Origin: an uncultured Bacteroidota bacterium
GTDB taxonomy: Bacteria > Bacteroidota > Bacteroidia > Bacteroidales > GCA-2748055
Direction: 5' to 3'
Assembly: GCA_963735755.1 (NCBI GenBank)
Contig: CAVTME010000005.1
Location: 150,973-214,972 of the forward strand
Length of the DNA stretch: 64,000 nt
Shown here: positions 20,284 through 30,906 of the stretch, piece after piece
How the letters are laid out: every line of letters starts with the position of its first letter
Numbering within the stretch: the stretch's first letter is position 1
Position numbers and translations under genes: made by a program
Notes under the pieces: model-generated
The model's database searches: none
The model's input: the letters and a program-made list of their open reading frames with translations, nothing else
Told to the model about the DNA's origin: nothing

Positions 20284-22369
20284 ATGAACTGGATTAAAGG
20301 CATTGTCAGGTTCTGGAAGACAATCCAGATCATTCTCATTTACCTGATCAGCATCCTCCTTGTATACTTCATGTTTCCCCGTGAAGGAAAATTCAAATAT
20401 GAATATTCCAAGAACAAGCCGTGGATGCATGAAACCCTTGTAGCACCATTCGATATACCCATTTACAAGCCTGATTTACAGATCCAGAGAGAGCGGGACA
20501 GCCTTCAGCAGAATGCAAAACTCTACTTCTACAGTGATTCACTTGTGGGAAGCAGCATGGTATCCACCTTCAGCAGTGATTTCAACAACCTGGTATCATC
20601 CATGGGGATTGATGTTTATGTCTCCGAAACCTGGCTGGTCACGGGTACTGTGATTACTGATGTACTGGGAGAAATATATTCTGCAGGAATCATCGGACGT
20701 CACCCAGTCCTGGATGGCCTGGATCTGGACCAGCTTTCTGTGATGGTGGTCAGGAACACCATGGTTGAGGAGCAGCGTCACCGGGAGTTCTATACGGAAA
20801 GAAGTGCCTACGAATACCTTATCGCTGCAGTAGAGAAAGCGAATCCAGCCTCCGTTGATATATTAAATCGTTTGACGCTTAATGACTACCTGAGGCCCAA
20901 TCTGTTTTATGATGAGGAGATGACCTCCATGGTTCGTCAGGCCAGCCTTGAAGATCTGACGCTTACCCAGGGTATGGTTCAGGCTGGTCAGCGGATCATT
21001 TCACGTGGAGAACTGGTATCCAATGTCAATTTTCAGATCATTGAATCGCTGCGAAAAGAGTATGAATCCAATCCCAATGTAGGTAAAAATTACCTGGTGG
21101 TCTATACCGGACAGTTTCTGCTGATCACCCTGGTCTTCCTGGCCCTTTTCTGGTTTATCTATTATTTCAGGAAGGATATACTCATCAGTAGGATACAGAC
21201 CTTATTTACCCTTGGGCTGATCGTGGTCATGGTAGGGCTTACCATGGCCGCTTCTACAAATGATGCGGTTAGCGTATACGTTATCCCCTTTGTGGTGGTC
21301 CCCATCTTCCTGAAAACGTTTTTTGATATCAGGTATGCCCTTTTCGTACACATGATTACCCTGCTGCTGGCCGGATTCTGGGTTCCCAACTCCTACCAGT
21401 TTGTGATGATGAATTTTCTTGCGGGTCTGGTGGGCCTGTTCAGTATGCGTTCCTATTACAAACGCGGAATTCTCTTTTATACGGCCCTATTCATCTTTGC
21501 TACCTATGCCATGGTCTATATTCTGCTATCCGTGATGCAGGAAGGAGACCTTTCCCAGGTAAACTGGATCAATGTTTTGTGGCTGGCAGGTAACGGATTG
21601 CTGGTCTTAACCATTTACCCCCTTGTTTTTCTTATTTGAGCGGATCTTTGGATTCCTGTCGGATGCCACCCTCTTCGAGTTGTCTGATACCAACCAGCCG
21701 CTATTAAGAAAGCTGGCTGAAAAGGCTCCTGGTACATTCCAGCATTCCATGCAGGTGGCAAGTCTGGCCGAGGAAGCCATCCTGAAGGTTGGGGGCAACT
21801 CCTTGCTTGTAAGAGCAGGCGCCATGTATCATGACATTGGTAAGATGGAAGCTCCCGAGTATTTCATAGAGAACCAGCAAGACGGAATCAATCCACACGA
21901 TTCGATGGATTTCAAGTCCAGTGCAAAGTTGATTATCGATCATGTCATCAGGGGGGAGGAGATCGGGAGAAAGCACAAATTGCCTGCCCGGATACTTGAC
22001 TTTATCAGGACCCATCACGGTACCAGTACAGTTCAGTATTTTTATCGTTCCTTTCTCAATTCCAACCCTGAGGAAGAGGTGGACATCTCAGAATTTACCT
22101 ATCCGGGACCCAAGCCCTTCTCCAAGGAGACCTCAGTGATGATGATGGCCGATTCAGTAGAGGCTGCATCCAGGACGTTAAAATCCTATAGTCCGGAGTC
22201 CATTCACGAACTTGTGGAGGGGATCGTGGAGCACCAGACCAAAGAGGGTCAGTTTTCAGAAACCAACCTGACTTACGGGGACGTATCGGCTGTGAAGGAA
22301 ATTTTCAAGAACAGGCTTCAGAATATCTATCACTCCAGGATTGAATATCCCGAAGTAACTCGAAGCTAA
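20284..22369 (+). pseudogene. 7TM-receptor / HD-GYP-type HDIG phosphohydrolase (PgpH/YqfF-like) with one frameshift near 21625
   Basis: An extracellular domain plus 7 TM helices (20284-21639) continues in another frame with the HD domain (FQHSMQVASLAEEA...GAMYHDIGK...IRTHHG). The junction reads IYPL|FLFERIFGFLSD. Confidence 0.75.
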
Positions 22370-23028
22370 TCAAGCAATTCAATCACTTCTGTATTGGGGA
22401 ATTCTTCCTGCTTAAACCGGAAAGCGTCCTCTGAAAGCTTCTGTTTACCGGTCACAGAAGAGAGGATCATGGTATAATTGATTCCCTCTTTGTGCTTCAG
22501 GACAAAAGCCTCAAGCTTCAATGTTTGTGGATGGATATACATCTTCAGCATGGAGTAGGGTCCTGTCAGGTCCTTTGGGTAAAGCTGGATTTCAACCCGC
22601 TGTTTGCCCTGGAACCTTGTTTCACCCATGAACTGGTATTTGAAATCCTGCTCATACGATTTAATGATCTTCAGGGGAACTGCTTGCAGATATCCGGGAT
22701 CATCGGGATCCGGTATGCTCACATAAACCTCCTCTGAATCGGTATTTTGCGAATAAAGCTTTTCACCATCAAAATAGACAATATACTCATCCACCACGAT
22801 CTTATATTGAAAGCCCTTCATCCAGATCGTTCCCTCTCCTTCGCGCATGGGTTTCCCTCATGATATCGTCGCGGAAGTAATCCATTTCAATCAGGTATCC
22901 TTCATCCATCTTAAATTGATCGGAGACTCCCTGAAGGTAGGGATGAACCCTTGCGTCCTGCGAATACGTTAGTCTGCAGTGGTAAGAAGGCCCAGAAAAA
23001 TGAGCGTATATATTCTGAATCGATGCAT
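22366..23028 (-). pseudogene. lolA: LolA-like outer-membrane lipoprotein carrier protein with at least 2 frameshifts in the 5' third
   Basis: The ATG at 23028 gives signal peptide MHRFRIYTLIFLGLLTTA. A second frame gives ...QDARVHPYLQGVSDQFKMDEGYLIEMDYFRDDIMRE, and a third frame is the 160-aa ORF 22366-22848. The position directly after ftsK is the usual Bacteroidota arrangement. Confidence 0.6.
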
Positions 23029-23041
23029 GGCAAGTTGTGTT

Positions 23042-25456
23042 TTAGGATAGTTCTTTCAAAATCTGTTCCAAACTGAATTCATCCTGGACCAATACCTGTC
23101 TGGCCTTGCTTCCTTCAAAAGGTCCAAGGATACCTGCAGCCTCCAGCTGGTCAACAATTCTGCCGGCCCGGTTATAGCCAAGGGAGAGTTTTCGCTGGAT
23201 CAGGGAGGTGGATCCCTGCTGGTGCTGCACCACCAGATGAGCAGCTTCTTCAAATTTGTCATCCCTTTTGTCCAGGTCCACATCGCAGAGCTCCACCACC
23301 TTCTTCTTCTACCGGGGTAAGCATCATGGCGCTGGGATATCCCCTTTGTTCGCCAATGAAGTCGGTGATCTCCTCAATTTCGGGACCATCAATAAAGGCA
23401 CATTGCAGCCTGATGGGTTCATTTCCGCTCAGGAACAGCATGTCTCCGCGCCCGATCAGCTGGTCTGCTCCGGATCCGTCCAGAATGGTTCTGGAGTCGA
23501 TTCCGGAAGTTACCCGGAAAGCAATACGGGCAGGGAAATTGGCTTTGATCACACCGGTAATGATGTTGGTGGTCGGTCGCTGGGTGGCAATGACCAGGTG
23601 GATCCCAATGGCTCTGGCCAGTTGGGCCAGTCTGGAGATAGGATGTTCGATCTCCCTTCCTGCTGTCATGATCAGGTCAGCAAACTCATCGATGACCACC
23701 ACCATAAATGGCAGGTAGCGGTGTCCCTTGTTCGGATTCAGTTTGCGGCTGATGAATTTGGCATTGTATTCCTTGATGTTTCGCACCTGGGCTGCCTTCA
23801 AAAGGTTATAGCGCTCATCCATTTCACCGCAAAGGCTGTTCAGCGTATGGATTACCTGTTGCGTATCGGTAATGATGGCTTCCTCGGATTCGGGCAATTT
23901 GGCCAGGTAGTGCCTCTCAATCTTGGTATAGAGGGAGAGTTCCACCTTTTTAGGATCAATCATTACAAATTTGAGCTGGGCAGGATGCTTTTTATACAAC
24001 AGGGAAGCGATGATGGCATTTAATCCAACCGATTTCCCCTGTCCGGTAGCACCGGCCACCAGCAGGTGGGGCATTTTGGCCAGGTCAAATACGAAGGTTT
24101 CATTGGAAATGGTCTTGCCAAGGGCAATGGCCAGGTCCATTTCAGAATCCTGGAACTTTTTGGATGCCAGGATCGATTTCATGGAGACGATCCGCGGATT
24201 CTGGTTGGGAACTTCAATTCCGATGGTTCCTTTGCCGGGGATGGGGGCAATGATCCTGATGCCCAGTGCAGAAAGACTCAGGGCAATGTCATCTTCCAGG
24301 TTTTTGATTTTTGAGATCCGAATGCCCGGTGCCGGAACAATTTCATACAGGGTTACAGTTGGACCAATGGTGGCTTTGATCTTGTCAATCTTGATGTTGT
24401 AGTTGCCCAGGGTTTCAACAATGCGGTTTTTATTGGAGATAAGCTCCTCATTGGTAACTGTGGTATCTCCCTGGTCATAATCCTTCAGCAGGCTCAGTGG
24501 CGGGAACCTGAATTTGGCCAGGTCAAGCGTGGGATCATATTCACCCAGTGCCCCTTCATCCGGATTGAAATCATCCGCATTAATCCCGGAAACATCCTCC
24601 ACCATCATCTCCACATCATTCTTTTCTGCATTCTTTTCTTCGCATTCCCGGCCTGCTTTTCATCAGCCTTATCCTGGTAGTTGTCTGCTTCTCCCTGGTG
24701 GTGGAAACCACAAAGGCTTCCTCTTCGGCTTGAACAATCTCTTCAGATACCTGCTCTTCTGTAATGATCAATTCTTCCGTAGTCATCAGGAATCATGTCT
24801 TCCCCGGTGAATCTCCGTTTTCGTTTCCTTCAGCCACTCTAATGGGAACTGAATAGTGCCGCTTGCGAACCCATTCCAGAAATCCAGTTGAGAACAGGAG
24901 CAGGCCGTATAGCCTATCAGCAGGAGGAATGCGGTTCCCACAGTATCCGATACTGGCCAGCAACCACCTGCTGATAAAAAATCCATGCTGTCCTCCGGGT
25001 CCGCTGCCCAGCAATCCCGTTCCCGTCCTTAAACAACAATCCCAGGCGTTACCGAGAGCAGGATGATCAGGATCAGGCTGTTCTTCACAGCTGTCCATGT
25101 TTTCAGAAGCCGTATTTTATACAGGGCCATGGCCCAGATGACCAGGATGCCCGGGAACAGAAAACTGGCCAGGCCAAACCACTTATTGATAAACAGGTTC
25201 GATAGCCAGGCCCCCATTTTGCCCCCTTGATTCTTCACCTCAATCTCGGGTCCGGAAAAAACCTTGGCCCATTCAAAATCCTGGTCGGTTTTCCAGTGGA
25301 TCAGGTAGGAGATGAAGGAGAGCAGTATAAAGATGGCGGCAAGCAGCAGCACAATTCCCATGGCGTACCTGAAGCGGTCGTCTCTGAAAAAAGGCCACCA
25401 GCGGAACTCAATAAACTTACAAAACGATTGCTTTTTTTCTTCTTCTTCTTAGCCAT
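23042..25456 (-). pseudogene. ftsK: DNA translocase FtsK with its reading frame interrupted at least 5-6 times
   Basis: N-terminus MAKKKKKKSNRF (ATG at 25456). TM region in 25029-25361 plus pieces of 24786-25098. Acidic linker 24615-24790 in shifting frames. Motor domain 23259-24614 (Walker A GATGQGKS, VVVIDEFADL, ATQRP). Gamma wHTH 23042-23299 (SLIQRKLSLGYNRAGRIVDQLE). Confidence 0.9.
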
Positions 25457-25651
25457 TAATCAAGGGTTAACTGACCTCCTAAGGTAATAATAACGGAAAT
25501 TTTAGTGGCTAATCATTTGTAAACAGGCTGTTGATAATCTCTTCCATGGTGGCCTTGTTGACTGCCTTATACCTTCAGGGACTGCTAAATATCTCGGATT
25601 CAATGGCTTTGAACTCCATGGAAGAGCATGTAAGATGCATTTTCAGGAGGC

Positions 25652-26263
25652 TTAACTGGATCCGGAAGTCGTCAAAGGATCATCCACCATGTGATAGGGA
25701 GTACTGATATTGGGTCGTCGCACGGAGAAATCTTTTGTGAAGTAAATGCTGTATTGTTCCTGGGCAGTTTCCACATCCAATCGTTCCGAATCTAAACCGC
25801 CAATGACTGTTGTTTCATCCGTGGAACTTATCTTCAGATCTGGCAATTCCAATATACCTGCTGGCAGTTCGCCAGTTTCCCCCACATAATAGACTTTGTT
25901 GCCAAAGAAATTTAATAAGGTAGTTACCCGTCTGCGCTTCAGGTCAGCAATCTGGGTCAGGGTGAACTGGTTGAAGAATCCTTCAATTTCTGTGAGTACA
26001 TAATACTTCGTATAATAGGCATCCATGGTGCGCGGAAGGATTTTAGTGGGAATATCCCCCGCCTTATCCTCCAGGTATTCGATCTCATATTCAATATAAT
26101 AGGCATCAATGGTTTCGGGAAGTTCTTTAACGCGACGGCATCCAACAAGGAGGATCACAAGCAAAAATGGACAGATGAATAGGTTTTTCCGGTTCACAAT
26201 CAAGGGATCAGTTTTCCAAAAGTAGGAAAATCTATTTACTTCCCCCGATGAAAAATTAGTCAA
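25652..26263 (-). CDS. Hypothetical lipoprotein (TTG start in the ORF track); the C-terminus may continue to about 25513 after frameshifts
   Basis: Lipobox LLVGC. The downstream 140 nt keeps ORF-like segments in the other two frames (..MEFKAIESEIFSSP / YKAVNKATMEEIINSLFTND*). Confidence 0.45.
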   Translation of the reverse strand: MTNFSSGEVNRFSYFWKTDPLIVNRKNLFICPFLLVILLVGCRRVKELPETIDAYYIEYEIEYLEDKAGDIPTKILPRTMDAYYTKYYVLTEIEGFFNQFTLTQIADLKRRRVTTLLNFFGNKVYYVGETGELPAGILELPDLKISSTDETTVIGGLDSERLDVETAQEQYSIYFTKDFSVRRPNISTPYHMVDDPLTTSGSS

Positions 26264-26343
26264 TCATGTTTAAGAGCTTGTTTATTCCCGAAAGGGCAGT
26301 TCTGGAAATATATAGTTTTGTAAAAGAACCAAAAATTGAACAA

Positions 26344-27299
26344 ATGAATAAACTGGCAGTTGTAGCCCTTGGCGGGAATGCATTGCTGAGAGACAATCAG
26401 CTGGGCACCATAGATGAACAGGAACAGAATACAACCGATACCCTGGAAAACCTGGTTTTTCTGATCAGGGAGGGATATGATCTGGTGATCACCCATGGCA
26501 ATGGTCCCCAGGTCGGGAACATCCTGATGCGCAATGATGCCGGGGAGAGTATTTATCAATCCCCCAGATGCCACTGGATATATGTGTAGCCGATTCCCAG
26601 GGTGGCATAGGTTACATGATCGAACGCATGCTGAGAAATGTATTGCATAAGCATGGGATTGATAAGGAGGTAATTACCCTGGTTACCATGGTTCTTGTGG
26701 AGGAAAAGGACCCTGCTTTCGGAAAGCCCTCCAAACAGGTTGGGAAAATATATGATCAGAATGAAGCAAACAGGATCGCCGGTGAAAAGGGTTGGATCTT
26801 CAAGGAGTCAAAGAAACGGGCGGGAGGATACAGAAGGGTAGTCCCTTCACCGGCACCCATTGGAATTTTCAATGAGAAAGCGGTGGAGTCACTGGCCAGG
26901 CAGGGAAATATTGTGGTAGCTTCGGGCGGGGGTGGGATTCCTGTTTACAGAGATAAGCAGGGCCGTATACGGCCTTCAGAATCGGTGATTGACAAGGACC
27001 TGGCATCAGCATTGCTGGGAGCCCGGATCAAGGCCGATGAGTTCTATATCCTCACCGATGTACCCTATGTATATATCAATTTTAATACGCCGCAACAGGA
27101 GGTGAGAGAGTTCCTAAACTACAAGGATACCATGGATCTGCTGGAAAAAGGGATGTTTGGAGAAGGGGATATGGCTCCCAAGATCAGGGCCTGTCTTCAG
27201 TTTATAGAACAGGGAGGAGAGAAGAGCGTGATCACCGAAGCCTTTAAGCTGGAAGACAGGAAGTATGGTACAAAAATTACCATGGAATACGATAAATAA
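26344..27299 (+). pseudogene. arcC: Carbamate kinase with one frameshift near 26565
   Basis: MNKLAVVALGGNALL...ITHGNGPQVGN, then in the next frame MPLDICVADSQGGIGYMIE...VVASGGGGIPV. The ATG at 26344 is preferred. Confidence 0.85.
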
Positions 27300-27344
27300 G
27301 ATAATCGATTAACTTTGTCTGACCCATTAAAATCTGATACGAAT

Positions 27345-28349
27345 ATGGCATACAATCTGCGCAACCGTCATTTCCTGACCCTACTTGATTATACCCCCGG
27401 AGAAATACGTTTTTTACTGGATCTGAGCTCAACCCTGAAAAAGGCAAAATATGCCGGGACCGAGGTCCAGAACCTGAAAGGCAAGAATATTGCCCTGATT
27501 TTTGAAAAAACTTCCACCCGCACCAGGTGTGCCTTCGAGGTGGCTGCCCTGGACCAGGGAGCTGGTGTTACCTACCTGGGGCCATCAGGGACCCAGATAG
27601 GGCATAAAGAATCCATGAAGGATACTGCCAGGGTACTGGGAAGGATGTATGATGGGATCGAATACAGTGGGTTTCGGGCAGTCCATCGTGGAAGAGCTTG
27701 CAGAATATTCAGGGGTTCCGGTGTGGAACGGACTTACCGATGAATTTCATCCCACCCAGGTGCTGGCCGATTTTATGACCATGATGGAACATTCAGAGAA
27801 ACCTCTGAATGAAATGAAATTCTGCTACCTGGGTGATGCCCGGAACAATGTGGGCAATTCACTGATGGTGGGTGCTGCCAAGGTAGGAATGGATTTTCGG
27901 GCAGCGGCTCCCCTCTCTGTCCAGCCCGAACCGGCACTGGTGGAGAAGTGCCGTGAAATAGCTTGCAGCCAAACAGGGGGAAGATTACCATTACAGAAGA
28001 TGTAAAAAGCGCTGTGAAGGATGCGGATTTCCTCTATACAGATGTTTGGGTCTCCATGGGTGAACCCAAGGAGGTATGGGCAGAACGAATCAAACTTGCT
28101 GAACCCTACCAGGTAAACCAGGAAGTAATCAATCTCACGGGCAATCCCAATGTGAAATTTCTCCACTGCCTTCCTGCTTTTCACAACAGGGAAACCAGGG
28201 TGGGTGAGGAGATCTTTCAGAAATTCGGACTGGAAGCCCTGGAGGTGACCGAGGAGGTTTTTGAATCAGAGCACTCCATAGTATTTGATGAAGCAGAGAA
28301 CCGCTTGCATACCATCAAGGCCATATTGGTAGCTACCCTTGGTAAGTAG
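27345..28349 (+). pseudogene. argF: Ornithine carbamoyltransferase with two frameshifts (about 27660-27740 and about 27965-28000)
   Basis: STRTRCAFE carbamoyl-phosphate motif, then [10 protein letters not shown], then DVWVSMGE and HCLPAFHN in the third fragment. Adjacency to carbamate kinase suggests a catabolic role (arcB-like), but that cannot be decided from the sequence. Confidence 0.85.
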
Positions 28350-28383
28350 TAAGTGAGCAAGTAGGTAGCATTTACCATTTACC
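28341..28383. terminator. Imperfect 15-bp hairpin built from two inverted copies of the GTAA/GTAG-rich repeat, between convergent genes
   Basis: GGTAAGTAGTAAGTG (28341-28355) pairs with CATTTACCATTTACC (28369-28383): 12 Watson-Crick pairs, 2 G.U and 1 mismatch. It overlaps the OTC stop codon (TAG 28347-28349). Confidence 0.4.
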
Positions 28384-28385
28384 TT

Positions 28386-28898
28386 TTACCCCTGGGATGT
28401 GAGAATTATACAAACCAGAGCTGTCGTATGTAAAAGAAGAAAATGGCCCCACAGGTCATCAGTTTCATCCCCACTCCCAGCATGAAATCCCACAAATGAA
28501 CCCCATGCTGCCTTCAGGGCTTCGCGCTCTTTCTTTCCGGTGGTGATCTCGCCTATATAGGCTCCCAGGAAAGGGCCTATGATGATTCCCAGGGGGCCGA
28601 AAAAAAGTCCCACAACCACTCCGATGGTGGCTCCCCAGACGCCCCGCTTGGATCCACCGTATTTTTTGGTTCCCCATATGGGTACCACATAATCCATGAT
28701 GGTCACAGCGATCACGAAAAAGAGAAGTATCCAAAGGGTTTGGTCATAACCTTCCAGGTTCATATCAATGTGCGCTGTCCATTTTAGCAACAGGAATCCG
28801 GCCCAGCTTATGGGTGGTCCGGGGAGAACCGGCAGGAAACTTCCGAAAAATCCAATGAGTACCAGTATGATTCCAAGAATAGCAAGTGTGATGTCCAT
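28386..28898 (-). CDS. DUF456-family small membrane protein; a probable frameshift near 28490 alters the last ~30 aa
   Basis: MDITLAILGIILVLIGFFGSFLPVLPGPPISWAGFLLL is typical of DUF456. The tail turns non-hydrophobic, while the +1 frame reads a TM-like MLGVGMKLMTCGAIFFFYIRQLWFV*. Confidence 0.55.
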   Translation of the reverse strand: MDITLAILGIILVLIGFFGSFLPVLPGPPISWAGFLLLKWTAHIDMNLEGYDQTLWILLFFVIAVTIMDYVVPIWGTKKYGGSKRGVWGATIGVVVGLFFGPLGIIIGPFLGAYIGEITTGKKEREALKAAWGSFVGFHAGSGDETDDLWGHFLLLHTTALVCIILTSQG

Positions 28899-28908
28899 GG
28901 TCTAAAGA

Positions 28909-29514
28909 TTAGGGGATACCTATAATGTCATCGAAAACAGCATAAATCACGCAGGCGGAAAATGGAATGGTGACCAGCAGGCCAACGCCGAATGCCAATA
29001 CTCCCAACATATTAATCCCCGCCAGTATCATGCACAGCCAGAAGATCTGCATGAAATTTCCAGATACCATTTTTCTGCTCATTCTGATGGCCTCTGATGG
29101 TTCAACATCATAGAACCAGACAAAAAAATGGGAAAACAGATAGCTAATGGACAGATAGATACCTGGAATAATCAGGAGCAGGAAGCCCAGGAAAATGAGG
29201 AGTGACATAAGCAGGTTCAGAATCAGCAGTGGCACAAATTTGTCAAAACCTCTGAAGAAATCTCCCACTTCAGCAGCTTGCTGCTGCCTTAATTGGCGGA
29301 TAACAATATAGTATCCGGCAATGACCGGTCCGCCCAGAAGCAATCCGCTGACAGGATTGGATAGGGCAAGCGCTCCAAGGATGCTGTAGAGGATGAAGAT
29401 TCCGGGAGCCTTCCTGAAATGGTTAAAGCCAACCTGGAGAATGTTCTCAATGGATATATTAAATCCGCTAGAGGCTACATCCACTTTATTCCATATGTCA
29501 TGAATTCTTTCCAA
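28909..29514 (-). CDS. Hypothetical polytopic membrane protein (TTG start in the ORF track; no in-frame ATG nearby)
   Basis: It has 4-5 hydrophobic helices. I could not assign a family with confidence. Confidence 0.45.
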   Translation of the reverse strand: MERIHDIWNKVDVASSGFNISIENILQVGFNHFRKAPGIFILYSILGALALSNPVSGLLLGGPVIAGYYIVIRQLRQQQAAEVGDFFRGFDKFVPLLILNLLMSLLIFLGFLLLIIPGIYLSISYLFSHFFVWFYDVEPSEAIRMSRKMVSGNFMQIFWLCMILAGINMLGVLAFGVGLLVTIPFSACVIYAVFDDIIGIP

Positions 29515-29574
29515 GATTGGACTTTTCCGAAAATTAATAAAAAATCGTACATTTAATTGAAATGATGCGCTTCA

Positions 29575-30300
29575 ATGGAGGAACATGAGAACCTGTATGA
29601 GAAGATTCAGGAGATTCTGGGAGGAAGTCCGGGAAGCTTGAAAATTCTGGAACAGCAGATCGATATGGATCTTCAGGTGGAGTACTATGAATGCTCCAAA
29701 AAGCTGCGAATTGAGGTTGATGAATCATGGGCAGAGGATCAGGCCAAATACCTGGATGAACCCGGGTATTCGGACCAGGTTAAAAAGGAGATTCTTGCCA
29801 GGCTGGCAAGCATTGACAGGGTAGAGTGTTACAGGATTATTGAGGCATTTGGCAAAACATCATCCGGTGCTCTGAGGGACTGGGCCCTGCTTGCCCTCAA
29901 TGAAAACAGGATGCTGCTAGAAAGCAGCTTGCTTGAAGAAAACCAGGTGTTTATCTCAACAGGGTTGGGAGGCAAAGAGGAGAAGCTGAGGTATTTTGTT
30001 GTCCTGGTTTCAAGAGCTGAACTGGAGTTAGATGCTACCCAGAGAAAGGTTATATCTAATGAATTTGAATATATCCTGGGGAAATATGATGCTGAAGTGG
30101 AGGAGATCAATTATTCGGAATATATGGCAACGCTCCTGCTGTTGCTACCCATGAACCACTCTTTGAAAGTGGTGTTCCAGGAGGCCATAAACGAATGCAA
30201 TAAATATGGTGATTTTTTGAAGGATGATTTTATTGTCACCAATGTAAAGACACTCTCCTTTCAGGAGATTAAGGATTTTCTGGAACGTAAATTGAAATAA
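29575..30300 (+). CDS. Hypothetical cytoplasmic protein
   Basis: A 241-aa ORF with ordinary amino-acid composition. I recognised no motifs. Confidence 0.45.
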   Translation: MEEHENLYEKIQEILGGSPGSLKILEQQIDMDLQVEYYECSKKLRIEVDESWAEDQAKYLDEPGYSDQVKKEILARLASIDRVECYRIIEAFGKTSSGALRDWALLALNENRMLLESSLLEENQVFISTGLGGKEEKLRYFVVLVSRAELELDATQRKVISNEFEYILGKYDAEVEEINYSEYMATLLLLLPMNHSLKVVFQEAINECNKYGDFLKDDFIVTNVKTLSFQEIKDFLERKLK

Positions 30301-30302
30301 GA

Positions 30303-30725
30303 TCAGGCTGATTCTTCGCCAAGATCTTCAAATTCCACATTGGTAAAGTCCTTCTCCGCTTCCACTGGTTTCTCGGATGGGGGCCTTTTGTTATTTCCAG
30401 GTTCAGATGTGGTTATATCATCTATTTCAATGGGTTGCGGATTGGCTTCCCTGATGAACTCAATGATCTCAGTCAGGCTGTCTGCAAATTTATCGAAGTC
30501 TTCCTTATAGAGAAACAATTTGTGTTTTTCATAGAAGAATTTCCCATCACGATTGAAACGTTTTTTGCTTTCAGTGATGGTGAGATAATAGTCATTGCGC
30601 CGCGTAGCCTTGACATCAAAAAAATAGGTTCTTTTCCCGGCCCTAACAGCTTTAGAATGGATCTCCTCCCGTCCCGCTGCTTCCGTTACAAGCTCCTCAG
30701 TTTTGACATTTCCTTCTTCATTCAT
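30303..30725 (-). CDS. PUR-alpha-like nucleic-acid-binding protein (DUF3276 family)
   Basis: VRAGKRTYFFDVKATRRNDYYLTITESKKR....GKFFYEKHKLFLYKEDFDKF matches my memory of the Bacteroidota DUF3276/PUR repeat. Confidence 0.55.
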   Translation of the reverse strand: MNEEGNVKTEELVTEAAGREEIHSKAVRAGKRTYFFDVKATRRNDYYLTITESKKRFNRDGKFFYEKHKLFLYKEDFDKFADSLTEIIEFIREANPQPIEIDDITTSEPGNNKRPPSEKPVEAEKDFTNVEFEDLGEESA

Positions 30726-30862
30726 TACTTCAGTTTTAGTTAGGGTTACCTGTGTACATCATCAAAAGTGTAAAATATTTTAAACATATTCAAATTTTCG
30801 CCCATTTTAGTCCGAAGCGAAACTTGCTGGTGAACAGATGTTTCATAGATGAAAATTTAGTG

Positions 30863-30870
30863 TAAATTTG
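30863..30870 (+). promoter_or_regulatory. Candidate -7 box (TAAATTTG) for nusB
   Basis: It matches TAnnTTTG and sits 37 nt upstream of the ATG at 30907. Confidence 0.3.
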
Positions 30871-30906
30871 CAGGGTTTAAACTTATAGTGACCGGTTCTT
30901 TAACAC

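Noticed and set aside
23256-24023. 255-aa plus-strand ORF
   Set aside because: It is antisense to the FtsK motor domain and has no recognisable motifs.
6740-28898. Alternative genetic code or programmed ribosomal frameshifting as an explanation for the broken genes
   Set aside because: The breaks are frame changes, not in-frame stop codons. They occur at many unrelated sequence contexts and several times per gene, and are confined to two blocks. Long genes elsewhere translate normally with the standard code.
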